This document shows, piece by piece, positions 18,503-27,173 of a stretch of DNA of 64,000 nucleotides. Where the stretch lies: contig JBELAJ010000001.1 in NCBI GenBank assembly GCA_049508935.1, positions 6,002 to 70,001 on the forward strand, written 5' to 3'. Both the position numbers and the translations under genes were made by a program. Each line of letters begins with the position of its first letter. Position 1 is the first letter of the stretch. The DNA is from Terriglobia bacterium (GTDB taxonomy: Bacteria > Acidobacteriota > Terriglobia > UBA7540). The notes beneath the pieces are model-generated. The model made no database searches. It saw only the letters and a program-made list of their open reading frames with translations, and was not told the DNA's origin.

Positions 18503-19654
18503 TTGCATAAGCACAAAGGTGAGGAAACGGCTTTAAACGCTATGCTCGAATCTGTTTGGCAAGTCGAAGTAGATCGCGCTGCGCAGGCTGAGTGGTCGCA
18601 ACTGCTCGATCTGTTCGATGACGCCAACCTATATCAAACATGGTCGTATGGTGGAGTGCGTTGGGGGGAGAAGAACCTCAGCCACCTGGTTCTGAAACGG
18701 GGTGGCGAGGTCTTGGGGATGGCCCAACTCAGAATCGTCCGCCCCACGAGATTGAAGTTCGGAATGGCGTATCTGCGCTGGGGCCCTCTGTTCCAGCGCC
18801 GCGGCAGGCCCCATGAGCCCGAGGTGGCCCTGAACTTAGCCCGAGCCCTCGAGGAGGAGTACGTCGACAGAAGACAGCTTTTCCTCCGTATCCTGCCAAA
18901 CGCTTTTGCCGGATCGCCACGGGCCGCCATATTTCAGTCCGCCTTTTGCAGATTCGCGAGGGAACCGTTTGTTGCTGACAACACGTACCGGACTTTTGTC
19001 CTGGATCTGGCGCCGGCAGTTGAGGAGTTGCGCAAAAAGCTTGACGCGAAATGGCGAAACCACCTCAAGCGCTCCGAAAAGAACGGCCTTACCGTCGTCG
19101 CGGGAACTGGGAGTGGCGAATACCAGGTTTTCTGCCAACTCTACCATCAGATGCGAAAACGCAAGACATTCGAAACCACTGTGGACGTCGAGGAGTTTGC
19201 GCGAATCCAGGAAGACTTGCCGGAGCCGCATCGCATGCGAATAATGATCTGCCAGGACAAGGGCACCCCCGTTGCGGGACTCGTTACCTCGGCGATGGGA
19301 GATTCCGCGATATATCTGCTCGGCGGGACCAACGAGGAGGGGCTGAAATCGCAAGGCGCCTACCTCTTGCAGTGGACCATGATCAAATGGCTTAAAGAAA
19401 GAGGCATCAGGTGGTACGATCTCGGAGGCATTGATCCGGAACGGAATCCTGGCGTTTATTCCTTCAAGAGAGGGTTTTCCGGGGCCGACCTACGGCAGCT
19501 AAACCCCATGGTGGGCTGCAGCAGCGTGGTGTCGTCCGCAATTGTCAGGACCAGCCTTGCCGTGCAGAGTGCAATCCGGCGCTCGAAAGCCGCCTTGCAG
19601 TTTGCGCGCCCGTTCAAGCAACTCGCAAGCGGCAGTCAAGCACTGTCCGTTTAG
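18503..19654 (+). CDS. FemAB-related / GNAT-fold (CelD-like) acyl- or aminoacyl-transferase
   Basis: YQTWSYGGVRWG..HLVLKRGGEVLGMAQLRIV, WRNHLKRSEKNGL, and GAYLLQWTMIKWLKERGIRWYDLGG. An alternative start is the ATG at 18542. Confidence 0.6.
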   Translation: MHKHKGEETALNAMLESVWQVEVDRAAQAEWSQLLDLFDDANLYQTWSYGGVRWGEKNLSHLVLKRGGEVLGMAQLRIVRPTRLKFGMAYLRWGPLFQRRGRPHEPEVALNLARALEEEYVDRRQLFLRILPNAFAGSPRAAIFQSAFCRFAREPFVADNTYRTFVLDLAPAVEELRKKLDAKWRNHLKRSEKNGLTVVAGTGSGEYQVFCQLYHQMRKRKTFETTVDVEEFARIQEDLPEPHRMRIMICQDKGTPVAGLVTSAMGDSAIYLLGGTNEEGLKSQGAYLLQWTMIKWLKERGIRWYDLGGIDPERNPGVYSFKRGFSGADLRQLNPMVGCSSVVSSAIVRTSLAVQSAIRRSKAALQFARPFKQLASGSQALSV

Positions 19655-19663
19655 TTTACTCCT

Positions 19664-20602
19664 ATGGATATTTCGGTCGTCATCGTCGCCTGGAATGCAA
19701 AGCACTATTTAGAGCTGTGCCTGGAGAGCCTGGAAAAGGCGCCTCCACGCCGGAGTATGGAAACCCTGGTGGTTGACAATGCCTCGACTGACGGCACGTC
19801 AGAAATGGTCGAGGCGCGCTTTCCCTGGGTCAAGCTGATCAAAAGCCCTGAGAATTTAGGCTTCGCGAAAGGCAACAACCTGGCCATCCGGCAGTGCCAG
19901 GGGCGCTACATTGCGCTCGTGAACCCCGACGTGATTGTTTTTCCGGGATGTCTGGACGCCCTCTCGGATTTCCTCGACCAGAATCCCAAGGTAGGGAATG
20001 TCGGTCCGCGCGTCTTTGAACCCGATATGTCGATGCAGAGCACCTGCCGCCGATTTCCGACGCTCTGGAACAACTTTTGTTCGGCCAGCGGGCTGGCGGC
20101 CGGATTCAAGAAATCCCGCTTTTTCGCCGGCGAGCACATGTTCTACTTCCCCCACGACCGGACCCTCGCGGTGGATGTCCTGGTGGGTTGCTTTTCGATG
20201 ATCCGCCGCGAAGCATTCGAATCCGTGGGCTTGTTGGATGAAGGACTGTTCATGTACGGCGACGATGTGGATTGGTGCCGGCGAGCGTGGAAGGCCGGAT
20301 GGGAAGTGGTTTTCTACCCCGGCGCGCGGGCCATTCACGACCGCGGCAAGATTACGGCCCCCTATCCGGTCCGCTTTGCCGTTGCCCAACAGAGATCCAT
20401 TCTCTACTACTGGTCCAAATACCACAGTGCCTTTGGAGTTTTGGGAATCCGGGGCATCCTGCTTTTCCATCACGCTCTTCGCTACACGTTGGCGGTTCTC
20501 TCGGGGCTGGGGCGCCCCAAGACTCGGTCGCAAAGTGAGGACCGGAGACAGATAAGCGCCGCCTGCATACGGGATGTTCTGAGTGCTCCACATAAGGCCT
20601 GA
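19664..20602 (+). CDS. glycosyltransferase family 2 (rhamnosyltransferase-like)
   Basis: ISVVIVAWNAKHYL, VVDNASTDGT, NLGFAKGNN, LVNPD, and YGDDVDWCRRAWKAGW. Confidence 0.85.
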   Translation: MDISVVIVAWNAKHYLELCLESLEKAPPRRSMETLVVDNASTDGTSEMVEARFPWVKLIKSPENLGFAKGNNLAIRQCQGRYIALVNPDVIVFPGCLDALSDFLDQNPKVGNVGPRVFEPDMSMQSTCRRFPTLWNNFCSASGLAAGFKKSRFFAGEHMFYFPHDRTLAVDVLVGCFSMIRREAFESVGLLDEGLFMYGDDVDWCRRAWKAGWEVVFYPGARAIHDRGKITAPYPVRFAVAQQRSILYYWSKYHSAFGVLGIRGILLFHHALRYTLAVLSGLGRPKTRSQSEDRRQISAACIRDVLSAPHKA

Positions 20603-20610
20603 GCTGCAGC

Positions 20611-21312
20611 TTGGCATGGACAGCCATGGGTATTTCGACTTCGATCACACGCCTTTCGGACTTCTACAGGCGCCACGGCTCTTGGGCGACGATCCGGCGC
20701 GCCAGTGTAGCCGCGACACGGGCGCTCTTTTCAAGCCGAAGCGTTTTGTTTTACTGTGATCTAGCCCGGCTGACCACGCCCGTGGCGGCACTCCCGAGCT
20801 TCCTGGAGGTGGAGCGAAAGTCAAACGCTGCCGAACTGAGCGCGGAGGACCTCCAAGAGATGACCGGTTTCTGGAGTCCCAAACTGGTTAATCGGAACAT
20901 GAAGGAGCGATTCGGCAAGAGGGCGTCCTTGTGGTTGATCAAGTCTGCGGGCAGGCTGGCGGGTTACGGTTGGACGTTGTGGGGAAGTACGGTTGAGCCC
21001 CATTACTTCCCCTTGGGCCACGATGATGTGCACCTTTTCGATTTCCACGTCTTCCCGCAATATCGTGGTCGAGGAATGAATCCGCTGCTGGTTACCTATA
21101 TCCTCCAGAGCCTGGCGGCGGAGGGAGCAGGCCGTGCGTTTATTGAAGCTGCGGAGTGGAACCAACCGCAGTTGTCGTCCCTATTCAAGACCCCATTTCG
21201 TTGCCTAGGCAAGGCTTGGAAGTTGACGTTTTTGGGCCGCACCATCGTCTACTACTGGGCGAAGAACGGAACTCTAAGCAAGAGTACTAAAGTAACAGTA
21301 CAAAGGCATTGA
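20611..21312 (+). CDS. GNAT-family N-acetyltransferase
   Basis: HVFPQYRGRGMNPLLVTYIL matches GNAT motif A (Q/R-x-x-G-x-G/A). Start is either TTG at 20611 or ATG at 20626. Confidence 0.6.
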   Translation: MAWTAMGISTSITRLSDFYRRHGSWATIRRASVAATRALFSSRSVLFYCDLARLTTPVAALPSFLEVERKSNAAELSAEDLQEMTGFWSPKLVNRNMKERFGKRASLWLIKSAGRLAGYGWTLWGSTVEPHYFPLGHDDVHLFDFHVFPQYRGRGMNPLLVTYILQSLAAEGAGRAFIEAAEWNQPQLSSLFKTPFRCLGKAWKLTFLGRTIVYYWAKNGTLSKSTKVTVQRH

Positions 21313-21399
21313 CATCACTGTCTGCGGCCTGTAAGCTATGTTTCTTTGTCCGTGCGCAGGGCGAGAGCCGAATCAATCAGCGCCGGCCAGGAGGTATAG

Positions 21400-23013
21400 A
21401 TGAAGGGAAACTTGGGTTCAGCAAGACATTATACGGCAATTATACTAACAGTTCTTGGGATGCTATTAATTTCTGGAAGTGCGTACAGCCAGGGGGGAGC
21501 CTGTCCATCAAAGGCGAACTATCTCAATGCTGCGAACGCTTTGGTCACGCTTTCCAGTCTCGGGGTGACGAGTTGCTACTACATCTCCGTGTCCCAGGGT
21601 ATAGACACCAACAATGGAACATCAGAAAGCACCCCATGGGCGCACGCACCGGGAATGCCGGGTTGTACCGGGAATTGCGCGTCGGCGAGTAGGGCGGCCG
21701 GGACCGGCTACATCTTCCGCGGTGGCGATACTTGGGGACCGTCCAATCTTGGCGTCCAATTGAATTGGAGCGGAACTTCCAGCGCCCCCATTTATGTAGG
21801 CGTGGACCAGACTTGGTTTAGTGGATCTTCATGGTCACGTCCCATTTTCAACTGCCAGCAAACTCAGTGCACCACCAGCATCGGTGGTTCGTATGTGACC
21901 TTGGACAATGTCGAGATCACCGGATTTAAAATGACCAGCACTTCAGGCAATCCGGCGGTAATCCAAACCTCGGGCAATTACGTCGGAGTCGAGAACGTCT
22001 ACATTCATAACTTTACGACCACTAACAACTCGACTCATTCCAACGCGATTGCCAATCAATGTTGCGGGAATGGGAGCGTGGGAGTCTACATCCGCAATAA
22101 CGTGATCGACGGCTCGGATTCCACGCAGACCTTCATGGGTGGTATTCTCCACGGTTCGACCGTCGCCAATAATGTCATCCGTTACGTATACAACGGTATG
22201 AACGGAGTGTTCGATACTGTCTATGGGAATATGATCGAACATAATTATACGTCCCTGGACGGTGACCACTGCAACATGATGTTCATCCAAGGCCCCGATA
22301 ACAACTCCAACCTTTTTGTCTATAACAATCTGATTCAGCATACAACGTGTAGTGGAGGCGTTACCTTGTGGCTGGGCGGGTTGAGTTGTTCAGCCTACAA
22401 TGGCTATGCCTTCAATAATGTCATCCACGACACCCAGAACGGGAACGTCATCAATCCTCCAGGTGAGGTGGGCGGATGCTCAACCCTGCGCACATGGGAC
22501 ATTTTCAACAATACGGTGGAGTGTGGGCCAGATTCCGGCCCTAGTGCAAACTGTTCTGCGGACGGCGGAGAAGGAGGAGAGCCTGACAACGCTGTGCTGC
22601 ACTTTATCAATGACCATTGGATTACCAGCGCAAGCCCGATAGACTACAGTGTTGTTCAGTACACCACCACAACGGACTTGGCCCAAACCCTCGCAGCGGC
22701 CAACGCTCAAGGCTACAACGATACCGCCGAAACCTTCGCGTTCTCTCCAGCTAGTTCCGGTAGCTCAACGGTCGGCGCGGGCACGAACGAGCAATCACTT
22801 TGTACCACGATTTCTGGAATCAATTCTGCAGCAGGAGTGGCCTGCCAGAATTCGACCGGGTATGCCTGTGCTTACAACACGACGAACCACACGGTGAGCT
22901 GCCCAGCGGTCCAGCTTGTAGCCAGGCCAACAACCGGGGCGTGGGACATTGGGGCCTACCAGTCCGCGACCTCATTGGTACCACCGACCAATGTGCAGGC
23001 GGTAGGGCATTGA
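21400..23013 (+). CDS. secreted right-handed parallel beta-helix protein (pectate-lyase fold; possible polysaccharide lyase, hydrolase or epimerase)
   Basis: Strong RBS AGGAGG. Signal peptide ILTVLGMLLISGSAYSQG. Repeated N/G/T-rich turns (VENVYIHNF, IRNNVIDGSD, ANNVIRYVYNG, VYNNLIQH, FNNVIHD). C-terminal AWDIGAYQ motif. Confidence 0.6.
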   Translation: MKGNLGSARHYTAIILTVLGMLLISGSAYSQGGACPSKANYLNAANALVTLSSLGVTSCYYISVSQGIDTNNGTSESTPWAHAPGMPGCTGNCASASRAAGTGYIFRGGDTWGPSNLGVQLNWSGTSSAPIYVGVDQTWFSGSSWSRPIFNCQQTQCTTSIGGSYVTLDNVEITGFKMTSTSGNPAVIQTSGNYVGVENVYIHNFTTTNNSTHSNAIANQCCGNGSVGVYIRNNVIDGSDSTQTFMGGILHGSTVANNVIRYVYNGMNGVFDTVYGNMIEHNYTSLDGDHCNMMFIQGPDNNSNLFVYNNLIQHTTCSGGVTLWLGGLSCSAYNGYAFNNVIHDTQNGNVINPPGEVGGCSTLRTWDIFNNTVECGPDSGPSANCSADGGEGGEPDNAVLHFINDHWITSASPIDYSVVQYTTTTDLAQTLAAANAQGYNDTAETFAFSPASSGSSTVGAGTNEQSLCTTISGINSAAGVACQNSTGYACAYNTTNHTVSCPAVQLVARPTTGAWDIGAYQSATSLVPPTNVQAVGH

Positions 23014-23198
23014 AGGTTCTTGCCGGGTCCGGATTAAGTTAGTGAGTGGAATCCGATTTATAACCCACCCACTGAGGACGGGCGAGCCTCAAAGCCTGGG
23101 GAAAACGCTTCCAGGCTACCGTTCTGAGCCGGATGACGGCAGTAATGGTTTCTTCCGTTTGGGCTGGAGGCCCGTCCGTCGAAAAATCGCTCCAGATG

Positions 23199-23226
23199 TT
23201 AAGTCTCACCTGTGGCACCCTATAAT
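23199..23226 (+). promoter_or_regulatory. candidate sigma70-like promoter (TTAAGT-N16-TATAAT)
   Basis: A perfect TATAAT at 23221-23226 in GC-rich DNA, with TTAAGT 16 nt upstream. It lies in the only long non-coding gap that contains no recognisable gene remnant. It would give a ~355-nt leader for the gene starting at 23590. Sequence-only guess. Confidence 0.25.
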
Positions 23227-23589
23227 AGTCCCGTGATTTATTCATGGGCCCCGGCCCTCAGGGCGGGCGAGGGTGACCTTGCCCGACGGACATAACTGAC
23301 CGTGGCTGAACATCGGGCACGTGGAGGCGTGTCGCCCGTAACTTTACCGTGTCCCCTGGTGGCGGCAGCAGCGCCCAGCACAGCACTGATTCTCTCTGCG
23401 CCACAAGGAGGTGATAGCAACCCCGTCCCCGGCCGTCTCGTTGGTTTCGAGGGGGTGATCGCCCGCAGCGGCAGGCCTGCAGTAACGATCACGTGGCCTG
23501 TTGCTGGGGCGAGGCAGGCTGACCAGTGTAGCCCCTGCCTCACAACGTCGCGTTGTCACTGATAAAGCCACCTCAAGGAGGTTCGCCGG

Positions 23590-24501
23590 ATGCTCAGGTA
23601 TTGCCTTTCCGCAATGGCGCTCAAGGCCTTTTCTTGCTCGAATTTGACGAAAAGAATGTACCGCCAATTGGGCAATACGGTGGGAAGCAAGAAGCGTGTC
23701 GCCGGGCAGATGCCAACTTTCTATCTAGACCGAATCAATCGTACGCTGCGCGTCGCTCACAGCTGTGGGGCTCCTAAGAATGGCGACCGACTGATAGAAC
23801 TCGGCACAGGTTGGCTTCATTGGGAGGCAGTCACAGCCAGGTTGTTTTTTGATGTTGGCGGTGTCCTTTTCGACGTTTGGGACAACCGGCAAATTAACGG
23901 GCTCAAGAACTATCTGCAACAGCTTGATAAGTCTCTCGACAAGTTAAACATTGACGCGTCTCAGCGAGATCGCGCACACAAGTTGATTTGCCAGATTAGG
24001 GAAGTGGACGATTATCCTGATCTCTACGCCCTCCTCGGCTTCGAGTATGTCATCGATCCCACCGGACGTCTGAACTTATTCGAGGATGGGTCATTCGACG
24101 TTGCCGTCAGCGCGGGAGTGATGGAGCACATTTACGCAGAGGACGTACCCGACTTCGTACGCGGCATTGCCAGATTGCTGAGGCCCGGCGGATACTCGAT
24201 AAATAGTATCAATATAAGAGATCATCTGTACCAATACGACAGGTCAGTGTCAATCAAACAGTATCTCCAATATCCTCCTTGGGTTTGGAGCCTCTGCTTT
24301 GAGAACGATGTTCAGTACATCAACAGGCTACAGCGCTCCGAATGGCTCCGCCTCTTCAAGACCGCCGGCTTTGCGCTCGTCGAAGAGGAGGTTGAGATTG
24401 AGGACTTGTCAGGGCTGAAAGTTGCCGCGGCCTTTCAGAAGTACGGAGAAGACGACCTGAGATGCGGAGGCTTGGATTTTGTGCACTGCAAACGCGCTTG
24501 A
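23590..24501 (+). CDS. class I SAM-dependent methyltransferase
   Basis: RBS AAGGAGG 8 nt upstream. Motif I-like LIELGTGW, and VAVSAGVMEHI..FVRGIARLLRPGG. Confidence 0.65.
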   Translation: MLRYCLSAMALKAFSCSNLTKRMYRQLGNTVGSKKRVAGQMPTFYLDRINRTLRVAHSCGAPKNGDRLIELGTGWLHWEAVTARLFFDVGGVLFDVWDNRQINGLKNYLQQLDKSLDKLNIDASQRDRAHKLICQIREVDDYPDLYALLGFEYVIDPTGRLNLFEDGSFDVAVSAGVMEHIYAEDVPDFVRGIARLLRPGGYSINSINIRDHLYQYDRSVSIKQYLQYPPWVWSLCFENDVQYINRLQRSEWLRLFKTAGFALVEEEVEIEDLSGLKVAAAFQKYGEDDLRCGGLDFVHCKRA

Positions 24502-24776
24502 GCCACAGCAAGTGGAGGTCAAGCGGTCGCTCCGGGTCGGGCGGACAACCACATGGCGCACACCTAGCGGTGCAGCCGTCAAATTCCTCAATCGGAGCAC
24601 CCGGTTTGTTGGCAAGCAGACCGGATCTCGATCGCTCGCGCGTGACGGTGGCTAGGTCTTTCCTCCCAAGGCACAAAAAGGGTACCCTGTGGAACACGGC
24701 ATCCAGCCATTGATCTTAGTTCCTCCCGCCAATCGGGGCGTTCTCCAGGCCTTACGAAAGGTCGTCATAACCTAAA

Positions 24777-26141
24777 GTGACTCAACACTCTCCATCTGCA
24801 TTCGGTGGCGGCTCGTCTACCACGATACTGCACCCGTTGGTTGCGGTGGGGATGCTGATCGCCATCGTGCTGATCTTCTCGCTTCGGCGCCAGAGGGCGA
24901 TCACACCCTTTCTCTTGGCTTATTTCACAATCCCCGTCCCACAGGTGTTGGTGCTGGGTGGTATTCACTTTACGATGCATCAAATCCTGATCTTCACCGT
25001 ACTGGCGCGGATGGTGGCCTTCCGCGGGGCAGAGGGGAGGTTCGCGGGGGGGTTCAACGCCCTCGACAGGGTGGCCGTGCTCTGGGCGTTGGCGGCTTTC
25101 ATCATCCCTTGTGTCCAGTGGATGGAGGTACAGGCGGTCATCAAATTACTGGGGGACCTGGTGATTAACCTGGGCGGCTACCTGGCGGTGAGATTTCTGA
25201 TTCCTGACCTCGAGACACTCCGGCGCGCGGTGAAGGTGATGGCGCTGATTTGCCTTTTCCAGGGTGTCTGCATGATGAGTGAGCTGTTTACCTATGAAAA
25301 CGTGTTCTATTTCGCCGGTGGGCAGTGGCCCTCCGCTAGGAGCCACAATATTCGTGCGGAAGGAGCGATGGGGGGTCTTTATGGCGGCGCGTTGGCTGGG
25401 GTTTTGATTCCATTATTCATCTGGCTTTGGACGGAACGTAAGTCCCGATTGGCAGCTTGCGCCGGGATTGCAGGGGCTACGGCCATGGGGTTCGCCTCCC
25501 ACGCCAGCACGGCTTGGATGGCTTATGGTGGAAGTATTTTGGGGCTGTGCTTCTGGCCGCTCCGCAAACAGATGCGTCTTCTGCGCTGGGGAATTGTGGC
25601 CGCACTGATAGGATTACACTTGGTGATGCATGGGCCCGTCTGGTCTCTGATTGAACATATTGACGTCACCGGTGGCTCATCCAGTTACCATCGGTATATG
25701 CTCGTGGATAACACCATACGGCATTTCAGCCAATGGTGGCTGCTCGGATATCGCTATCCCGCAGCCTGGGGCTTTGACATGTGGGATCTCTGCAACCAGT
25801 TTGTCTCCGCCGCTGTGACTGGCGGCCTCTTGACCCTGGTTCTGTTCATCATGATTTACATTCGGGGCTTCGGTGCGATCGGCAGAGCGAGGAAACGTGT
25901 CGAGGGCGACCGCCACCAAGAATGGTTCTTTTGGTGCTTGAGTTCCGTCCTATTTGCCAATGTGGTAGCGTCTTTCGGAATCAACTATTTGGTCCACCTG
26001 ATAGTGTGCTTCTCCTGCGTGTTGGCTTGCGTATCCGCTGCTATCATTGGAGTTGCGCCGCCCTTGGAGGTAAAAATCGCATCTGTTGATGATTTTGACA
26101 TGCCAGCCGCCCCGTACCTCGAAATTTTGCATGAAAATTAG
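24777..26141 (+). CDS. O-antigen polymerase/ligase-family (Wzy-like) polytopic membrane protein
   Basis: About 10-12 hydrophobic helices, with a loop and helix SHASTAWMAYGGSILGL resembling the O-antigen ligase domain. GTG start is uncertain. Confidence 0.55.
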   Translation: MTQHSPSAFGGGSSTTILHPLVAVGMLIAIVLIFSLRRQRAITPFLLAYFTIPVPQVLVLGGIHFTMHQILIFTVLARMVAFRGAEGRFAGGFNALDRVAVLWALAAFIIPCVQWMEVQAVIKLLGDLVINLGGYLAVRFLIPDLETLRRAVKVMALICLFQGVCMMSELFTYENVFYFAGGQWPSARSHNIRAEGAMGGLYGGALAGVLIPLFIWLWTERKSRLAACAGIAGATAMGFASHASTAWMAYGGSILGLCFWPLRKQMRLLRWGIVAALIGLHLVMHGPVWSLIEHIDVTGGSSSYHRYMLVDNTIRHFSQWWLLGYRYPAAWGFDMWDLCNQFVSAAVTGGLLTLVLFIMIYIRGFGAIGRARKRVEGDRHQEWFFWCLSSVLFANVVASFGINYLVHLIVCFSCVLACVSAAIIGVAPPLEVKIASVDDFDMPAAPYLEILHEN

Positions 26142-27075
26142 CGTGCTCATTCCGGCTTACAACTGTCAAACCACCATCCGTGAAACGTTGGACTCGGTTC
26201 TGGCGCAAACTCGACCACCCGACGAAATACTGGTGGTGGACGACGGGAGCACGGACCAAACGCCAGAGATTCTTGAATCGTACAGGCCACGGGTTCACGT
26301 GCTGAGGCAGGAAAATCAGGGAGTGGCGGCTGCCCGTAACAGGCTCCTCGAACATGCGGAGGGCGATCTGTTGGCCTGGCTCGACTCAGACGACATCTGG
26401 CATCCGCGTTGTTTAGATGTCCAGAGCCGTTCTTTCAGAGACAATCCTGACGCGGGCGCGCTATTCGTAGACCACGTTGACTTCTGGGGTGCTGGGCCGT
26501 ACATCTGGCGCTTCGACCCGTTGGCCGTAGAGGCCGACCCGGTGATCATCGATCCTCTAAGCTTCTTGACGATATTGATCTCTGCGCCTGGGAAGTTCAT
26601 GTCGGCATTCTGCTGCATCACCCGAGGCTCCGCACACCGCATTGGGGGCCGGGTGGCGCCAGCTGGCGTGCGGATCACAGAAGATTTCTACATGCTTTCC
26701 ACGGTTGCACTCAAGGGTCTATCGGCGGTGTACGCCCCCTATCCGCTCGTGGCTTATCGGGTTCGAAACGATTCCTTGTCGAGAAAAACACTGCCGACTC
26801 GCTGCGCACTCGTAGAGGTATTCAAGCTCCTTGATCCCCATTTCAGAGCGTCGGCTCCCCGTGGCCTCTTGACAACTTTTGAGGAGGGTTTCGCCAGCGC
26901 CCGACGCGGATACGCCAAGGCGCTCATGGGGCAAGGCCGAAGCCTCGAGGCAAGACGAGAGATCGCCGAATCCTTCGCTGAGTCGTATCATCTAGGTTCA
27001 CTGCTTAAATCGGCGGGGCTGCTGGCGGCCACCTTCGCGCCGCGGCGGCTTCAGCCGAAATGGCCGACCAGCTAG
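26131..27075 (+). CDS. glycosyltransferase family 2
   Basis: MKISVLIPAYNCQTTIRETLDSVLAQT, ILVVDDGSTD, and LDSDDIW. Trimmed to the ATG at 26131 (11-nt overlap with the upstream gene). Confidence 0.85.
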   Translation: MKISVLIPAYNCQTTIRETLDSVLAQTRPPDEILVVDDGSTDQTPEILESYRPRVHVLRQENQGVAAARNRLLEHAEGDLLAWLDSDDIWHPRCLDVQSRSFRDNPDAGALFVDHVDFWGAGPYIWRFDPLAVEADPVIIDPLSFLTILISAPGKFMSAFCCITRGSAHRIGGRVAPAGVRITEDFYMLSTVALKGLSAVYAPYPLVAYRVRNDSLSRKTLPTRCALVEVFKLLDPHFRASAPRGLLTTFEEGFASARRGYAKALMGQGRSLEARREIAESFAESYHLGSLLKSAGLLAATFAPRRLQPKWPTS

Positions 27076-27173
27076 CATCGTAGAACGTCGTTGCGCATCC
27101 ATCAGCATGGACGTGGCCGCCTCGAGAGCATTTTCCCGAGCCTTTCTTCCAACCGACCTGTCGGAGGCGAACA

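Noticed and set aside
21309-21692. 127-aa ORF overlapping the start of the beta-helix gene.
   Set aside because: The alternative frame starting at 21400 has a strong AGGAGG RBS, a signal peptide and a 537-aa coherent beta-helix protein. The 21309 frame has none of these.
23014-23075. Rho-independent terminators after 23013, 41684 and 55617.
   Set aside because: The stems are short or imperfect (for example CGGATT/AATCCG with a 14-nt loop, and CCCTCCT/AGGAGGG with a ~35-nt loop). None is followed by a U-tract.
23042-23562. Short ORFs inside the gap (23042..23236 +, 23039..23245 -, 23302..23562 +, 23238..23543 -).
   Set aside because: They have no RBS or family motifs, their composition is Arg/Pro/Ala-biased, and they overlap one another on both strands.
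23014-23589. A known riboswitch or housekeeping RNA (cobalamin, SAM, TPP, RNase P, tmRNA, SRP or 6S) in the long gap.
   Set aside because: I could not find the conserved cores I remember for these RNAs (B12 box, TPP CUGAGA context, RNase P GAGGAAAGUCC, tmRNA tag ORF and CCA end). The region is kept only as an unclassified structured-leader candidate.
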